A stretch of DNA of 64,000 nucleotides from Mayamaea pseudoterrestris (lineage: Eukaryota): NCBI GenBank assembly GCA_027923505.1, contig BROI01000005.1, positions 310,001 through 374,000 of the forward strand, given 5' to 3'. Shown in pieces: positions 9,652 to 17,435 of the stretch. A program made the translations under genes and the position numbers. Every line of letters starts with the position of its first letter. The stretch's first letter is position 1. Below the pieces are notes generated by a model that worked only from the letters and a program-made list of their open reading frames with translations, was not told the origin of the DNA and searched no databases.

Positions 9652-11288
9652 TGACTCCTTTTTCACAGCAAATGCTTGTGTTTCCAACTATTCGACCATA
9701 TGAGCCAACAAGCGACCCAAGCGGCAAGCCAAGTGTCACTCCTTTTTCACAGCAAATGCTTGTTTTTCCAACTATTCGCCCATATGAGCCAACTAGAAGC
9801 CCAAGCGTGGATTTAAGCAGCGCAAGACCAAGCGTGGCACCTTTTTCACAGCAGATGCTTGTTTTTCCTACCTTTCTTCCAAGAAAACCAAGTAGACGGA
9901 CTCCATTTCCCAGACCCATTCGGAATGTGCCCACTCATACCATATCTGGAAGTCCACGCCCGGGAAAGTTAATGCGAATGCCTACCGGTATGTCGAATTT
10001 GATGCACATGGTCATGGTGAAACGCAGCTGCAAAGGAGGTCAAGTCAAGAAAATAAAACACACCGCAATGGGAAATATTTTGACAGTGAGGCTCAATACG
10101 TCAAAGTCAGGATGCAAGCTCATAAAAGGAAATGGAATGACTGTATCGTCATTACAATGGTCCAAGGGTATTAAGTCATCACGAATGAGTATGCGTAAGA
10201 GGGATGAACTGGGATCATTATATGTTAGCAACTACGACGCCAGTCCATCAGCTGGGCCTGAAGCAATGCCACGTCCAAACACGGTGCTTTTGAAGATTCC
10301 TGCGATGATGAACATGCGCGGGATGCAACATGCCCACTTTAAAACAGGAATCAGCAACAGCAATGGAAAGGGTAAACTCCCTGGTGTTCACAGCAAGACT
10401 ATTAGAGGAAAAGGAAGCCAGCCATTACCACCTCATCCCACTGGCAACTTAGCCCACAGCGTGACAATTAAAGGGTCAATGCGAGATTCGCTACACTTGC
10501 ATGGGTCTGTAACTAAAATTGGCAGCCCAGCTGTTCATTCGAGCGAAAATAGCAGCAAAGAGAAGCGAGGCATTGGATACACTAACTCATATGTCGGCGA
10601 CTCATCACAAGAGCCTTCCCATGCACCTGCGTCCATTCCGAGCATGACGGAGGACAGTTCTTGGACTTTGAGACCTGTACATGTTCAATCGCATGTATCA
10701 AGCAATTCCCCTTGGCGTTCAGACAAACCGACTGCCCCTAATTTACCATCTGATGCTTCATCCGCACTGAGTTCATATTCATTGGAAGATGAAAAGAAAA
10801 TTGAAGACGACGAGCAAAGTGAACACAATATTGTGATTGGAAGTAACACTCAAAGCCCACCCGAGTTTCTCTTCATGCCTACCGGTAATGCGGAAAATAT
10901 TGACCTCGCAATGCCTTCCGTAAGCATACTCGACAACCCGACCAAGGTACCCGCTGTCGCACCAGTGCTACTTTCAACGTCTGGCCCGCTCTCAAGTGAA
11001 GTCGCAAGCGTATCCACAACATTGTATCCTGAGGCTGTCGTAGCGCCCACTGAAACTGAAGGTGAGAGTCTGCAACCACCAAGGTGGTACTCGACGCGTG
11101 CACCAACAGACAATGAGAATGTTGACTCTCATAAAGACATTCGAGCAAAGATGATTCGATCCATTCCTTTCGTTATTGCCATGCTTATCACATGTTGTTG
11201 TCTGTGGACTTGTTTGGCCAGTATCCGACGCCGGAATGTCGAGGATGGCAAAGTGTACAGAAACCGTAGCGCAGCAATGACACGATGA
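1..11288 (+). CDS. Giant Ser/Pro-rich mucin-like single-pass membrane protein (5' end outside window; +1 frameshift at about 3608-3610)
   Basis: The xxPS frame is ORF 11..3613 and continues, after one extra C (gagtcaCCCtag versus the usual gagtcaCCtag), in ORF 21..11288. After the array come 3x PFSQQMLVFPT, a Met/Lys/Gly-rich block, a hydrophobic helix IPFVIAMLITCCCLWTCLASI followed by RRR, a short tail and TGA at 11288. Confidence 0.85.
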   Translation, partial: HPPWLPVCLPALTQAACHQVCRQVTQAPSQVSHLAQDPVFFPVQHQACPSPWLPVCLPALTQAACHQVCRQVTQAPSQVSHLAQDPVFFPVQHQACHPPWLPVCLPALTQAACHQVCRQVTQAPSQVSHLAQDPVFFPVQHQACHPPWLPVCLPALTQAACHQVCRQVTQAPSQVSHLAQDPVFFPVQHQACHPPWLPVCLPALTQAACHQVCRQVTQAPSQVSHLAQDPVFFPVQHQACHPPWLPVCLPALTQAACHQVCRQVTQAPSQVSHLAQDPVFFPVQHQACHPPWLPVCLPALTQAACHQVCRQVTQAPSQVSHLAQDPVFFPVQHQACHPPWLPVCLPALTQAACHQVCRQVTQAPSQVSHLAQDPVFFPVQHQACHHLAQDPVFFPVQHQACHPPWLPVCLPALTQAACHQVCRQVTQAPSQVSHLAQDPVFFPVQHQACHPPWLPVCLPALTQAACHQVCRQVTQAPSQVSHLAQDPVFFPVQHQACHPPWLPVCLPALTQAACHQVCRQVTQAPSQVSHLAQDPVFFPVQHQACHPPWLPVCLPALTQAACHQVCRQVTQAPSQVSHLAQDPVFFPVQHQACHPPWLPVCLPALTQAACHQVCRQVTQAPSQVSHLAQDPVFFPVQHQACHPPWLPVCLPALTQAACHQVCRQVTQAPSQVSHLAQDPVFFPVQHQACHPPWLPVCLPALTQAACHQVCRQVTQAPSQVSHLAQDPVFFPVQHQACHPPWLPVCLPALTQAACHQVCRQVTQAPSQVSHLAQDPVFFPVQHQACHPPWLPVCLPALTQAACHQVCRQVTQAPSQVSHLAQDPVFFPVQHQACHPPWLPVCLPALTQAACHQVCRQVTQAPSQVSHLAQDPVFFPVQHQACHPPWLPVCLPALTQAACHQVCRQVTQAPSQVSHLAQDPVFFPVQHQACHPPWLPVCLPALTQAACHQVCRQVTQAPSQVSHLAQDPVFFPVQHQACHPPWLPVCLPALTQAACHQVCRQVTQAPSQVSHLAQDPVFFPVQHQACHPPWLPVCLPALTQAACHQVCRQVTQAPSQVSHLAQDPVFFPVQHQACHPPWLPVCLPALTQAACHQVCRQVTQAPSQVSHLAQDPVFFPVQHQACHPPWLPVCLPALTQAACHQVCRQVTQAPSQVSHLAQDPVFFPVQHQACHPPWLPVCLPALTQAACHQVCRQVTQAPSQVSHPSAGPSLLPSAAPSLSPSVAPSVSPSTHPSSLPSSVPSSDPSAKPSESPSAGPSLLPSAAPSLSPSVAPSVSPSTHPSSLPSSVPSSDPSAKPSESPSAGPSLLPSAAPSLSPSVAPSVSPSTHPSSLPSSVPSSDPSAKPSESPSAGPSLLPSAAPSLSPSVAPSVSPSTHPSSLPSSVPSSDPSAKPSESPSAGPSLLPSAAPSLSPSVAPSVSPSTHPSSLPSSVPSSDPSAKPSESPSAGPSLLPSAAPSLSPSVAPSVSPSTHPSSLPSSVPSSDPSAKPSESPSAGPSLLPSAAPSLSPSVAPSVSPSTHPSSLPSSVPSSDPSAKPSESPSAGPSLLPSAAPSLSPSVAPSVSPSTHPSSLPSSVPSSDPSAKPSESPSAGPSLLPSAAPSLSPSVAPSVSPSTHPSSLPSSVPSSDPSAKPSESPSAGPSLLPSAAPSLSPSVAPSVSPSTHPSSLPSSVPSSDPSAKPSESPSAGPSLLPSAAPSLSPSVAPSVSPSTHPSSFASCVPSSDPSAKPSESPSAGPSLLPSAAPSLSPSVAPSVSPSTHPSSLPSSVPSSDPSAKPSESPSAGPSLLPSAAPSLSPSVAPSVSPSTHPSSLPSSVPSSDPSAKPSESPSAGPSLLPSAAPSLSPSVAPSVSPSTHPSSLPSSVPSSDPSAKPSESPSAGPSLLPSAAPSLSPSVAPSVSPSTHPSSLPSSVPSSDPSAKPSESPSAGPSLLPSAAPSLSPSVAPSVSPSTHPSSLPSSVPSSDPSAKPSESPSAGPSLLPSAAPSLSPSVAPSVSPSTHPSSLPSSVPSSDPSAKPSESPSAGPSLLPSAAPSLSPSVAPSVSPSTHPSSLPSSVPSSDPSAKPSESPSAGPSLLPSAAPSLSPSVAPSVSPSTHPSSLPSSVPSSDPSAKPSESPSAGPSLLPSAAPSLSPSVAPSVSPSTHPSSLPSSVPSSDPSAKPSESPSAGPSLLPSAAPSLSPSVAPSVSPSTHPSSLPSSVPSSDPSAKPSESPSAGPSLLPSAAPSLSPSVAPSVSPSTHPSSLPSSVPSSDPSAKPSESPSAGPSLLPSAAPSLSPSVAPSVSPSTHPSSLPSSVPSSDPSAKPSESPSAGPSLLPSAAPSLSPSVAPSVSPSTHPSSLPSSVPSSDPSAKPSESPSAGPSLLPSAAPSLSPSVAPSVSPSTHPSSLPSSVPSSDPSAKPSESPSAGPSLLPSAAPSLSPSVAPIVSPSSHPSSLPSSVPSSDPSAKPSESPSAGPSLLPSAAPSLSPSVAPSVSPSTHPSSLPSSVPSSDPSAKPSESPSAGPSLLPSAAPSLSPSVAPSVSPSTHPSSLPSSVPSSDPSAKPSESPSAGPSPLPSAAPSLSPSVAPSVSPSTHPSSLPSSVPSSDPSAKPSESPSAGPSLLPSAAPSLSPSVAPSVSPSTHPSSLPSSVPSSDPSAKPSESPSAGPSLLPSAAPSLSPSVAPSVSPSTHPSSLPSSVPSSDPSAKPSESPSAGPSLLPSAAPSLSPSVAPSVSPSTHPSSLPSSVPSSDPSAKPSESPSAGPSLLPSAAPSLSPSVAPSVSPSTHPSSLPSSVPSSDPSAKPSESPSAGPSLLPSAAPSLSPSVAPSVSPSTHPSSLPSSVPSSDPSAKPSESPSAGPSLLPSAAPSLSPSVAPSVSPSTHPSSLPSSVPSSDPSAKPSESPSAGPSLLPSAAPSLSPSVAPSVSPSTHPSSLPSSVPSSDPSAKPSESPSAGPSLLPSAAPSLSPSVAPSVSPSTHPSSLPSSVPSSDPSAKPSESPSAGPSLLPSAAPSLSPSVAPSVSPSTHPSSLPSSVPSSDPSAKPSESPSAGPSLLPSAAPSLSPSVAPSVSPSTHPSSLPSSVPSSDPSAKPSESPSAGPSLLPSAAPSLSPSVAPSVSPSTHPSSLPSSVPSSDPSAKPSESPSAGPSLLPSAAPSLSPSVAPSVSPSTHPSSLPSSVPSSDPSAKPSESPSAGPNLLPSAAPSLSPSVAPSVSPSTHPSSLPSSVPSSDPSAKPSVTPFSQQMLVFPTIRPYEPTSDPSGKPSVTPFSQQMLVFPTIRPYEPTRSPSVDLSSARPSVAPFSQQMLVFPTFLPRKPSRRTPFPRPIRNVPTHTISGSPRPGKLMRMPTGMSNLMHMVMVKRSCKGGQVKKIKHTAMGNILTVRLNTSKSGCKLIKGNGMTVSSLQWSKGIKSSRMSMRKRDELGSLYVSNYDASPSAGPEAMPRPNTVLLKIPAMMNMRGMQHAHFKTGISNSNGKGKLPGVHSKTIRGKGSQPLPPHPTGNLAHSVTIKGSMRDSLHLHGSVTKIGSPAVHSSENSSKEKRGIGYTNSYVGDSSQEPSHAPASIPSMTEDSSWTLRPVHVQSHVSSNSPWRSDKPTAPNLPSDASSALSSYSLEDEKKIEDDEQSEHNIVIGSNTQSPPEFLFMPTGNAENIDLAMPSVSILDNPTKVPAVAPVLLSTSGPLSSEVASVSTTLYPEAVVAPTETEGESLQPPRWYSTRAPTDNENVDSHKDIRAKMIRSIPFVIAMLITCCCLWTCLASIRRRNVEDGKVYRNRSAAMTR
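9652..9872 (+). repeat. Three degenerate copies of a V(T/A)PFSQQMLVFPT module at the array border
   Basis: ccttttt(c)acagca(a/g)atgcttgt occurs at about 9657, 9741 and 9840. Confidence 0.9.
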
Positions 11289-11600
11289 GAGTGTTTACGC
11301 GCATGTGAAAAACAGATTTTTCCGCCATGAGTTCCTAATGCCGTAGTAATTAAAGGTATTTAAATTATTGAACTTTATGCGCATATAACGTCTGCGCTGA
11401 CAGGTGGCTTTGATGTTTTTGTTGAGGTTCGACATCTTATAGTTGCGTGACCAGGCTCCCGCGTTGCACTTCCGTTGAAATGTCACACCGAAAATTGGAG
11501 CGACACGTTTTGATGAAGATCATGGTTGAAGCGTGACCCACCCAAATTTTCGAATCGAACCTTCCACAACAACACATCATCGACATGCAGATCTGTCAAG

Positions 11601-12998
11601 ATGAGACTGTTTTATAGAGGACAATGTTCTATATCCATCATCATTCTGCTAGCGCTATGCATATCAACAACCACTGCCTTTGTGTCACAGTCAAACAAGT
11701 TTGCGACGGAAATTCTCCGCCCACCTTTGTCGATTCATCCACTGCACGAAACAAAGACACCCTTGCCGACGGACAGCGATTCCAAAACGAAGGCAACCTT
11801 TCTACCGTTTGTGAATAATGATGAAAAAGCAGATAATATAGTAATTAACGATGAAACGTTAGCAGCAGACTCCTCTTCTCCACCTCCACTCTTTGAACTA
11901 AATCTTTGGACGGCGCGACTATTGCTACTGCTGGTCGCTGCCGTGTGGGGCACCAACTTTGCCTCGGTCAAGTATTTGGAAGGCCTTTGCTTTCATCCAC
12001 CCTGCAACCATCCTCCCAGTGAAGCCGCGTTTGCCCGCTTTGGGATTGCCGCCCTCGTCAGTTGGCCGCTGCTCGTCAATCAGCCGCTCAACGTTATATT
12101 GGCGGGTCTGGAATGCGGGACAACCATTACCATTGGTTACGTTGCGCAAGCCATGGCGCTCACGACGATTGAGAGTGGAAAGTGCGCCTTTATATGTTCA
12201 TTGACAGTGGTCTTTGTGCCAGTGGTGGCGGCCATCATGTATGGCAAACCAATCAAGGCTTCGACCATGGTGGCGGCTGCCGTTGCCTTGACTGGCGTTG
12301 GCGTTTTGGAGGGAATGATTGACGTCAAGGAACTACTGGGAATGTCGCAAGCAGTGGCGCTGGAATCGAATGAGTCTTTGCAATCGACAACGGCGAATCT
12401 GCAAGCAATCTCCGCATCCGCAGCAGTGGCAGCGTCGTCATCAACGATGGAGACGGCTGCACTTCCACTGGCTGGTCCACTGGAAACGTTTGCGAGAACC
12501 ATTGGAGTGAGCAAGGGTGACTTGATTGCGCTTGGACAACCATTGGGCTTTGGCTACACGTTTCTGAGAATAGAACACTACCAGGAGCAGTTCAAGAATG
12601 TTCCAAATCGCGTCTTGACCATTGCGGCCGCGCAATGCGTTTCAGTGGGCGTCTTGTCGTTCTTTTGGGTCCTTTACGACTATCATGGTACCATTCCCAA
12701 CTTTGGCTATATGATTGAGCCACATCGCGTGGCGACGCTACTTTGGACGGGGATTGTCACGACCGTGGCAGCCATTTTTCTGGAAGGCATTGCGTTGCAA
12801 AAGGCATCAGCGACGGATGCAAGCATTGCCTTTTCCTCCGAGCCGGTATGGGCCAGTCTCTTTGGATTTTTATTGCTCAAGGAGCAGCTTGGATTTGAGT
12901 CATATGCCGGAGGAGCAATCATAATGCTAGCATGTATCATTGGCGCTGCAGCTGATTTGAAGGAGCAGGAGGACAATAGGCTGCGTATAGAGTCATGA
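11601..12998 (+). CDS. EamA/DMT-family transporter with bipartite plastid presequence
   Basis: ATG at 11601. Signal peptide ends ...CISTTTA-FVSQ (ASAF-like). DMT-type segments include VWGTNF, ARFGIAA, AFICSLTVVFVP and SSEPVWASLFGFLLLKE, with about 10 hydrophobic helices. Confidence 0.85.
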   Translation: MRLFYRGQCSISIIILLALCISTTTAFVSQSNKFATEILRPPLSIHPLHETKTPLPTDSDSKTKATFLPFVNNDEKADNIVINDETLAADSSSPPPLFELNLWTARLLLLLVAAVWGTNFASVKYLEGLCFHPPCNHPPSEAAFARFGIAALVSWPLLVNQPLNVILAGLECGTTITIGYVAQAMALTTIESGKCAFICSLTVVFVPVVAAIMYGKPIKASTMVAAAVALTGVGVLEGMIDVKELLGMSQAVALESNESLQSTTANLQAISASAAVAASSSTMETAALPLAGPLETFARTIGVSKGDLIALGQPLGFGYTFLRIEHYQEQFKNVPNRVLTIAAAQCVSVGVLSFFWVLYDYHGTIPNFGYMIEPHRVATLLWTGIVTTVAAIFLEGIALQKASATDASIAFSSEPVWASLFGFLLLKEQLGFESYAGGAIIMLACIIGAAADLKEQEDNRLRIES

Positions 12999-13132
12999 TG
13001 AATCAAGCCGCTTTTTAGAAATTCGTTTTTTGCTAATCTTGTTATAACAGTGTTTTTAAACTTTGCTACCTACTCTCGTTGCTGTGTTACACATCAGTGA
13101 CTTAAACGTCGACTCTACCTTCCTTGCAACGC

Positions 13133-14024
13133 CTAATACTTGGAAAAGCCACCGTTGGTGGCCTGCTGAATGAGACCGAAGAATTCGCCCTCAGACGGAA
13201 TGTCGACGGCAATGCCATCCAAGGTGAATGTAAGATCAACACTGGCCGGACGATCCTTGCCCTTGTAGGATCCGCGGTACGAATACCCATCTACACTGTA
13301 CTTGCTCGTCCAACTCGAGGTTGACGCAGTACCCGTCGCCGTCCAAGAGGCTTTCAGCACCATATCAGCAAATCCATCCGACGCCGTGGAGCAATCGCCG
13401 TAGTAGCACCACTCATTGCCATACTCGTCAGAATCGCAAATTTTGATGCAGGTCTCCGTGACGACAAAGACAGCCTTGTCAACGCTGAACGTAGCAGTTT
13501 CAAGCTTGCTGGCAACAGCCAAACTAGCGTCTGATCCATCATAGACGTCAAAGTACAAGCTTGTGTGTGTCGCCGAGCTTTCATCGCAGTTGCTCCAAGT
13601 GTCCAACGAGCCGTATGCAAAAATGCCGGTCGTCTTGCTCGGTTTGCCATTTGACTGGTACTTGGAGACGCCGTCAAAGGCGGACAAGTAGAAGGTGCTG
13701 CCGTAGTCGCAATTGCCACTCATCCAATAGACGTCGGCTGATGCGCCATAGCCAACTGTCGAGTACTTCTCCTTGGTGCTTGTAGCGAGGTGGCGGTGAT
13801 GAGCGGGAGTCGGAAGGTTCAACTTGTTGGACAATTCCTCAATGTTACGAGTTCCAGCCTGCCGCGGGTTAGATGAGAGGCTCAACAAGTGAGAAACATG
13901 CGATGTTGCTCAAAATTAGAACAATGACTGTATACAATGCGCAATCTCAGCCACCACTTACTTTGGCAGCAAACGCCAAGGGAGCCGTCATGAAGAAGAT
14001 GGCGGTAACAGTATTGAGCTTCAT
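13133..14024 (-). CDS. Secreted Tyr/Ser/Thr/Gly-rich protein of unknown function, 2 exons
   Basis: Exon 1 is 14024-13962 (MKLNTVTAIFFMTAPLAFAAK, signal peptide). A phase-0 intron 13961-13859 reads GTAAGT...CTAAC...CAG. Exon 2 is 13858-13133 (AGTRNIEE...HHRHLATS...). Confidence 0.75.
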
Positions 14025-14342
14025 GGTCGAATGTGACGATGGTGTGGTTAGTTTCTTGCGAAAAAATGGATTATGAAACAGTTTGTGAGGCAATGCGGTA
14101 TAAATTGGCGAGACGCAAACGTGTTTGTAGTCATGGTTGTTCGAGAAAAATAGCTTGTTCACGGGAAAGATTTCAGAATACCGGTGCGATGTAGGCTACC
14201 GTCCCTTTTTCAACGCATCTCGCTACCCCGCAACAACCGAGATGAAGGCTTTGTCGATCGTTCAGCATCAACTCATTCATTCTCTAATATGAATTCTATT
14301 AGTTTACTTCGTACACATTTATTCCTGCTCCAATGCAAGTGT

Positions 14343-17300
14343 TCAATGTACCAGTATGCGCTCCTCAAAAACGACACCTTCCTTTGCCAACGCAAATAAC
14401 ACTGGCTCGTATACGGTGCAATCGGTAGGTAAAAGCAAGCCGCACTTGTCTTGAAAATGCCCCGCGAGGATCAAGTTGGCTGAAGCGGCTGTAGTGTATC
14501 CAACCGTCTTAGCCATGGCCGATTGCTTCGGGTCTCCCAAGAGTCGCAGACTCGATTTATGGCGCTCTCTGTGCCCATCTTCAAACAGAGCATCGATTGT
14601 GTGATGCATGACGACCATATCACTTTCACCAGCTTTAAACATCATTTGTTGTTCCAGCTTGCCGCAAAACGCATCGACGATGGATGCCTCCGGCCCGAAA
14701 GAAGCATCGCCGTGGAGCATACCAAGCCAATTCAGCGCAGCCATGGCGCGAGTCGCTTCTCCAACGTCCTCATCAGCGCATGCAAGTAAAAAGTCTTCAA
14801 GACTGTCAAAACCACCTCGCTCATTTCGCAGTTGGGCAATAACGCTTGTCCATGATGTAAGCGCCGTGACGTTTTCACTGAATAGACCAACGTTTTTCAT
14901 TGTGTTCACGAGCCTGGAGAATCCCTTGTAACGCAACGTTCCTCGAAAAATCGATGGAACATCCCCAATACCGTACACGTTCTCATACGACAAAGAATCA
15001 CGATTCGGTATGACTTCAAGATCAAGGTCAGCAAACGACTCAGTGAATGGGACTGCCGACTGCAAGAGCTCCCAACCAGTAATTTCAACTACGCGATTCT
15101 CTGCCCGATACTTAGCACTATTCAGACTAGCTCGAATGACACCACGAGGACTCCAGCTAAATTTGTATCGGAAAGGGTTGTCGGCAGCTTCGGGTGACGG
15201 CAAACCGCCGCAGACACTTGAAAACAGGGTCAAAGTTCCACCTCGCCCTTTTATGTCATCAATTATCTTCATGGCACTCATGTGATCCAAGCCAGGGTCC
15301 AACCCCACTTCGTTCAGAATGACAACACCCGCCGCCGCCGCTCGCTTGCCCTTGGTACGCATCTCGTCGCTCTCATAACTCGCAGTAACCATGGCAGCTT
15401 GATGGAAGATGCATTCTTCGGCGATCCGAGTGTGCATTGGGGCGGGTAAGAGACTAATGACAAGATCAGAATCCTCAATCAGTTCTGATACCAGTCGCAC
15501 ATTATTAGCAACATCAACTGCCATGTGCCGACCGTTTTTTGCAAGCTTTGATGCTTCGAGGGCATCAGCTTCCTTCTCGCTAGCAACAGTGACGCAAACA
15601 TGCTCCGAACGGCCAAGATATTCAACAACACTTTTTGAAACATGCCCAGCACCAAGAATTAATACTCGTTTACATTGTGCTTGCTCTGTCACTGTGGTCG
15701 TTTGCTTAGAAACCCCATTTATTGCATCATGGTGGTCGATAATAGTTAAAGCGGCAGCCGCTGGCTCAACTGCACGGGCGAGCGCTCTAAGTTTTGCGTA
15801 GACTAAATCCAAAGTCGCTACATCCGACGCCATGAGCTTCAAAAGTACCGAAGACTTTGAGCTTGTTCCATCATTAGTTGGTTGACAAATACTGAGCTGC
15901 TCAACAACCAGACTGATTCCATGTCGTTCAATGACATCAAGCACTTGGTTGATGAGGCCGGAATCAAACAAGTGACCGCGCAGCGATACGAGAATGCTTG
16001 TCAATTTGTTTTGGTCCAATGCAAGAGGAGATTGTCGCAGAAAAGACTCCAAGTAACGATACCGATGCTCTAGCTGACCCGATGCAGTCGTAATGCAAGC
16101 CGTCGCAAGGCCCTTTCGCAGCAGCGCCGAATCAACTCCGGCTACATTTTCGCCTTGGACATGTCGCGCATGCACAATTTCACTCACCACCGTCATGGCC
16201 GACTCGCCAAAGTGCAGAGTACTATCCAAAGGTAGCTCCGTCGGTAAAATGGAAACTCCCATGACGGCAATACCATTTGCGGAAATCTCGTCTTTTATAA
16301 CACGCTGCTGGATGGGATCGTATTCAAAGAATGGCTGTTCAATTGCTGTTGTCTTTTCCAAAAATTCGATTGACCCATTGACATCGCACGTGATATCCCC
16401 GACAAAGAGTAGCCGACTCGCGCCACTATGTTTCTGCTCGGCCAGTCGCCTCATTTGCTGCTTGGTCAAGAGACGTGGAAATCGAGCGTCCCAATAAACG
16501 GCATTGACAATAGCTTCGCAAAATGGAGCCACTTTGCGATGGAAAGTGCATCGATACAGTTCGGGGTGTAGTGAAAAGTCTTGACGGTCGAATGCTTCGC
16601 CATTTGTCTTTTGAAACACGTCGGATAGACCGACTGGTACCAAGTAAACCTTGTTCTCCGTTGCATGATGCGGCAAGTCATCCACCGAAATCAAGTCATG
16701 CGGAAGCAGTGACAAAATCTCCATGGCGCCATTGTGCACACATCCGCCCTTACCAGTGACTGCAATCACCAGTGGTCGGTCCAGTATATTTGTAGACGAC
16801 GCTAGTTCCGATCCAATCTTGCGCACACATTCCTTGGCCGCATCCAGCGATTCATGCATAAAAGTTGGCGGAACATGCAACAATGGCGTCGCCAATTCGT
16901 GTGAATGCAGCAACTTTCGCCCTAAACCATGCAATGAGTCAATGGCACCAGCCAAACCGGCGTATCGTCCAAAGCTCACCAATCGCTTCGGCTGCGGCAG
17001 TGCGTCGTTTTTGACACACTCCCAGTCCAGTAATTGAATCTGGCGATTCATACAATCCTGCAATAGCTCTAAATTCTCAGCTTGACCCTTGATGAGATGC
17101 GAAAAGAAGATTGCTGTGCAATGGCTTGGGATGGATCGTGATGCTAGTGGCCGCTTGACACTCAAGACTAGGCCCGCTTTGGAAATGTCTTCAGTTACAA
17201 CTGCACCAGCTTGCTCGTATTCGGCATTAGTAAAAATGCGAGTCTTGCTTGGCTGCACCAGTACTTGTAATTGGTCCGTGTTGGAGTGTTTTTCGAGCAA

Positions 17301-17435
17301 GGCTTTGACGTGAATAGGTGCAAGTGGCGCTCGACGCTCCCAAACACTGTACGTTTCGCGAAGCATAGCAATGGTAGTTTTGTAACGATAACTAAGATGT
17401 AGACGAAACATGGCTCGATTTGTACAAAACTTCAT
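14343..17435 (-). CDS. AASS: Bifunctional lysine-ketoglutarate reductase / saccharopine dehydrogenase
   Basis: LKR motifs RETYSVWERRAPLAP, FFSHLIKGQ, FGRYAG and DITCDVNGSIEF; linker GHLFDSGLIN; SDH motifs VLILGAG, NEVGLDPGLDHM, CGGLP, YKFSWSPRG, RGTLRY and MAKTVG. First plausible ATG at 17435. Confidence 0.95.
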   Translation of the reverse strand: MKFCTNRAMFRLHLSYRYKTTIAMLRETYSVWERRAPLAPIHVKALLEKHSNTDQLQVLVQPSKTRIFTNAEYEQAGAVVTEDISKAGLVLSVKRPLASRSIPSHCTAIFFSHLIKGQAENLELLQDCMNRQIQLLDWECVKNDALPQPKRLVSFGRYAGLAGAIDSLHGLGRKLLHSHELATPLLHVPPTFMHESLDAAKECVRKIGSELASSTNILDRPLVIAVTGKGGCVHNGAMEILSLLPHDLISVDDLPHHATENKVYLVPVGLSDVFQKTNGEAFDRQDFSLHPELYRCTFHRKVAPFCEAIVNAVYWDARFPRLLTKQQMRRLAEQKHSGASRLLFVGDITCDVNGSIEFLEKTTAIEQPFFEYDPIQQRVIKDEISANGIAVMGVSILPTELPLDSTLHFGESAMTVVSEIVHARHVQGENVAGVDSALLRKGLATACITTASGQLEHRYRYLESFLRQSPLALDQNKLTSILVSLRGHLFDSGLINQVLDVIERHGISLVVEQLSICQPTNDGTSSKSSVLLKLMASDVATLDLVYAKLRALARAVEPAAAALTIIDHHDAINGVSKQTTTVTEQAQCKRVLILGAGHVSKSVVEYLGRSEHVCVTVASEKEADALEASKLAKNGRHMAVDVANNVRLVSELIEDSDLVISLLPAPMHTRIAEECIFHQAAMVTASYESDEMRTKGKRAAAAGVVILNEVGLDPGLDHMSAMKIIDDIKGRGGTLTLFSSVCGGLPSPEAADNPFRYKFSWSPRGVIRASLNSAKYRAENRVVEITGWELLQSAVPFTESFADLDLEVIPNRDSLSYENVYGIGDVPSIFRGTLRYKGFSRLVNTMKNVGLFSENVTALTSWTSVIAQLRNERGGFDSLEDFLLACADEDVGEATRAMAALNWLGMLHGDASFGPEASIVDAFCGKLEQQMMFKAGESDMVVMHHTIDALFEDGHRERHKSSLRLLGDPKQSAMAKTVGYTTAASANLILAGHFQDKCGLLLPTDCTVYEPVLFALAKEGVVFEERILVH

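Noticed and set aside
21..9654. Long Cys/Gln/His-rich ORFs (CLPALTQAACHQVCRQ...) in the +1 frame, suggesting dual coding
   Set aside because: One stop-free 144-bp unit automatically gives an open frame across the whole array. Variants are mostly synonymous in the Ser/Pro frame and non-synonymous in this one, and only the Ser/Pro frame reaches the unique C-terminus.
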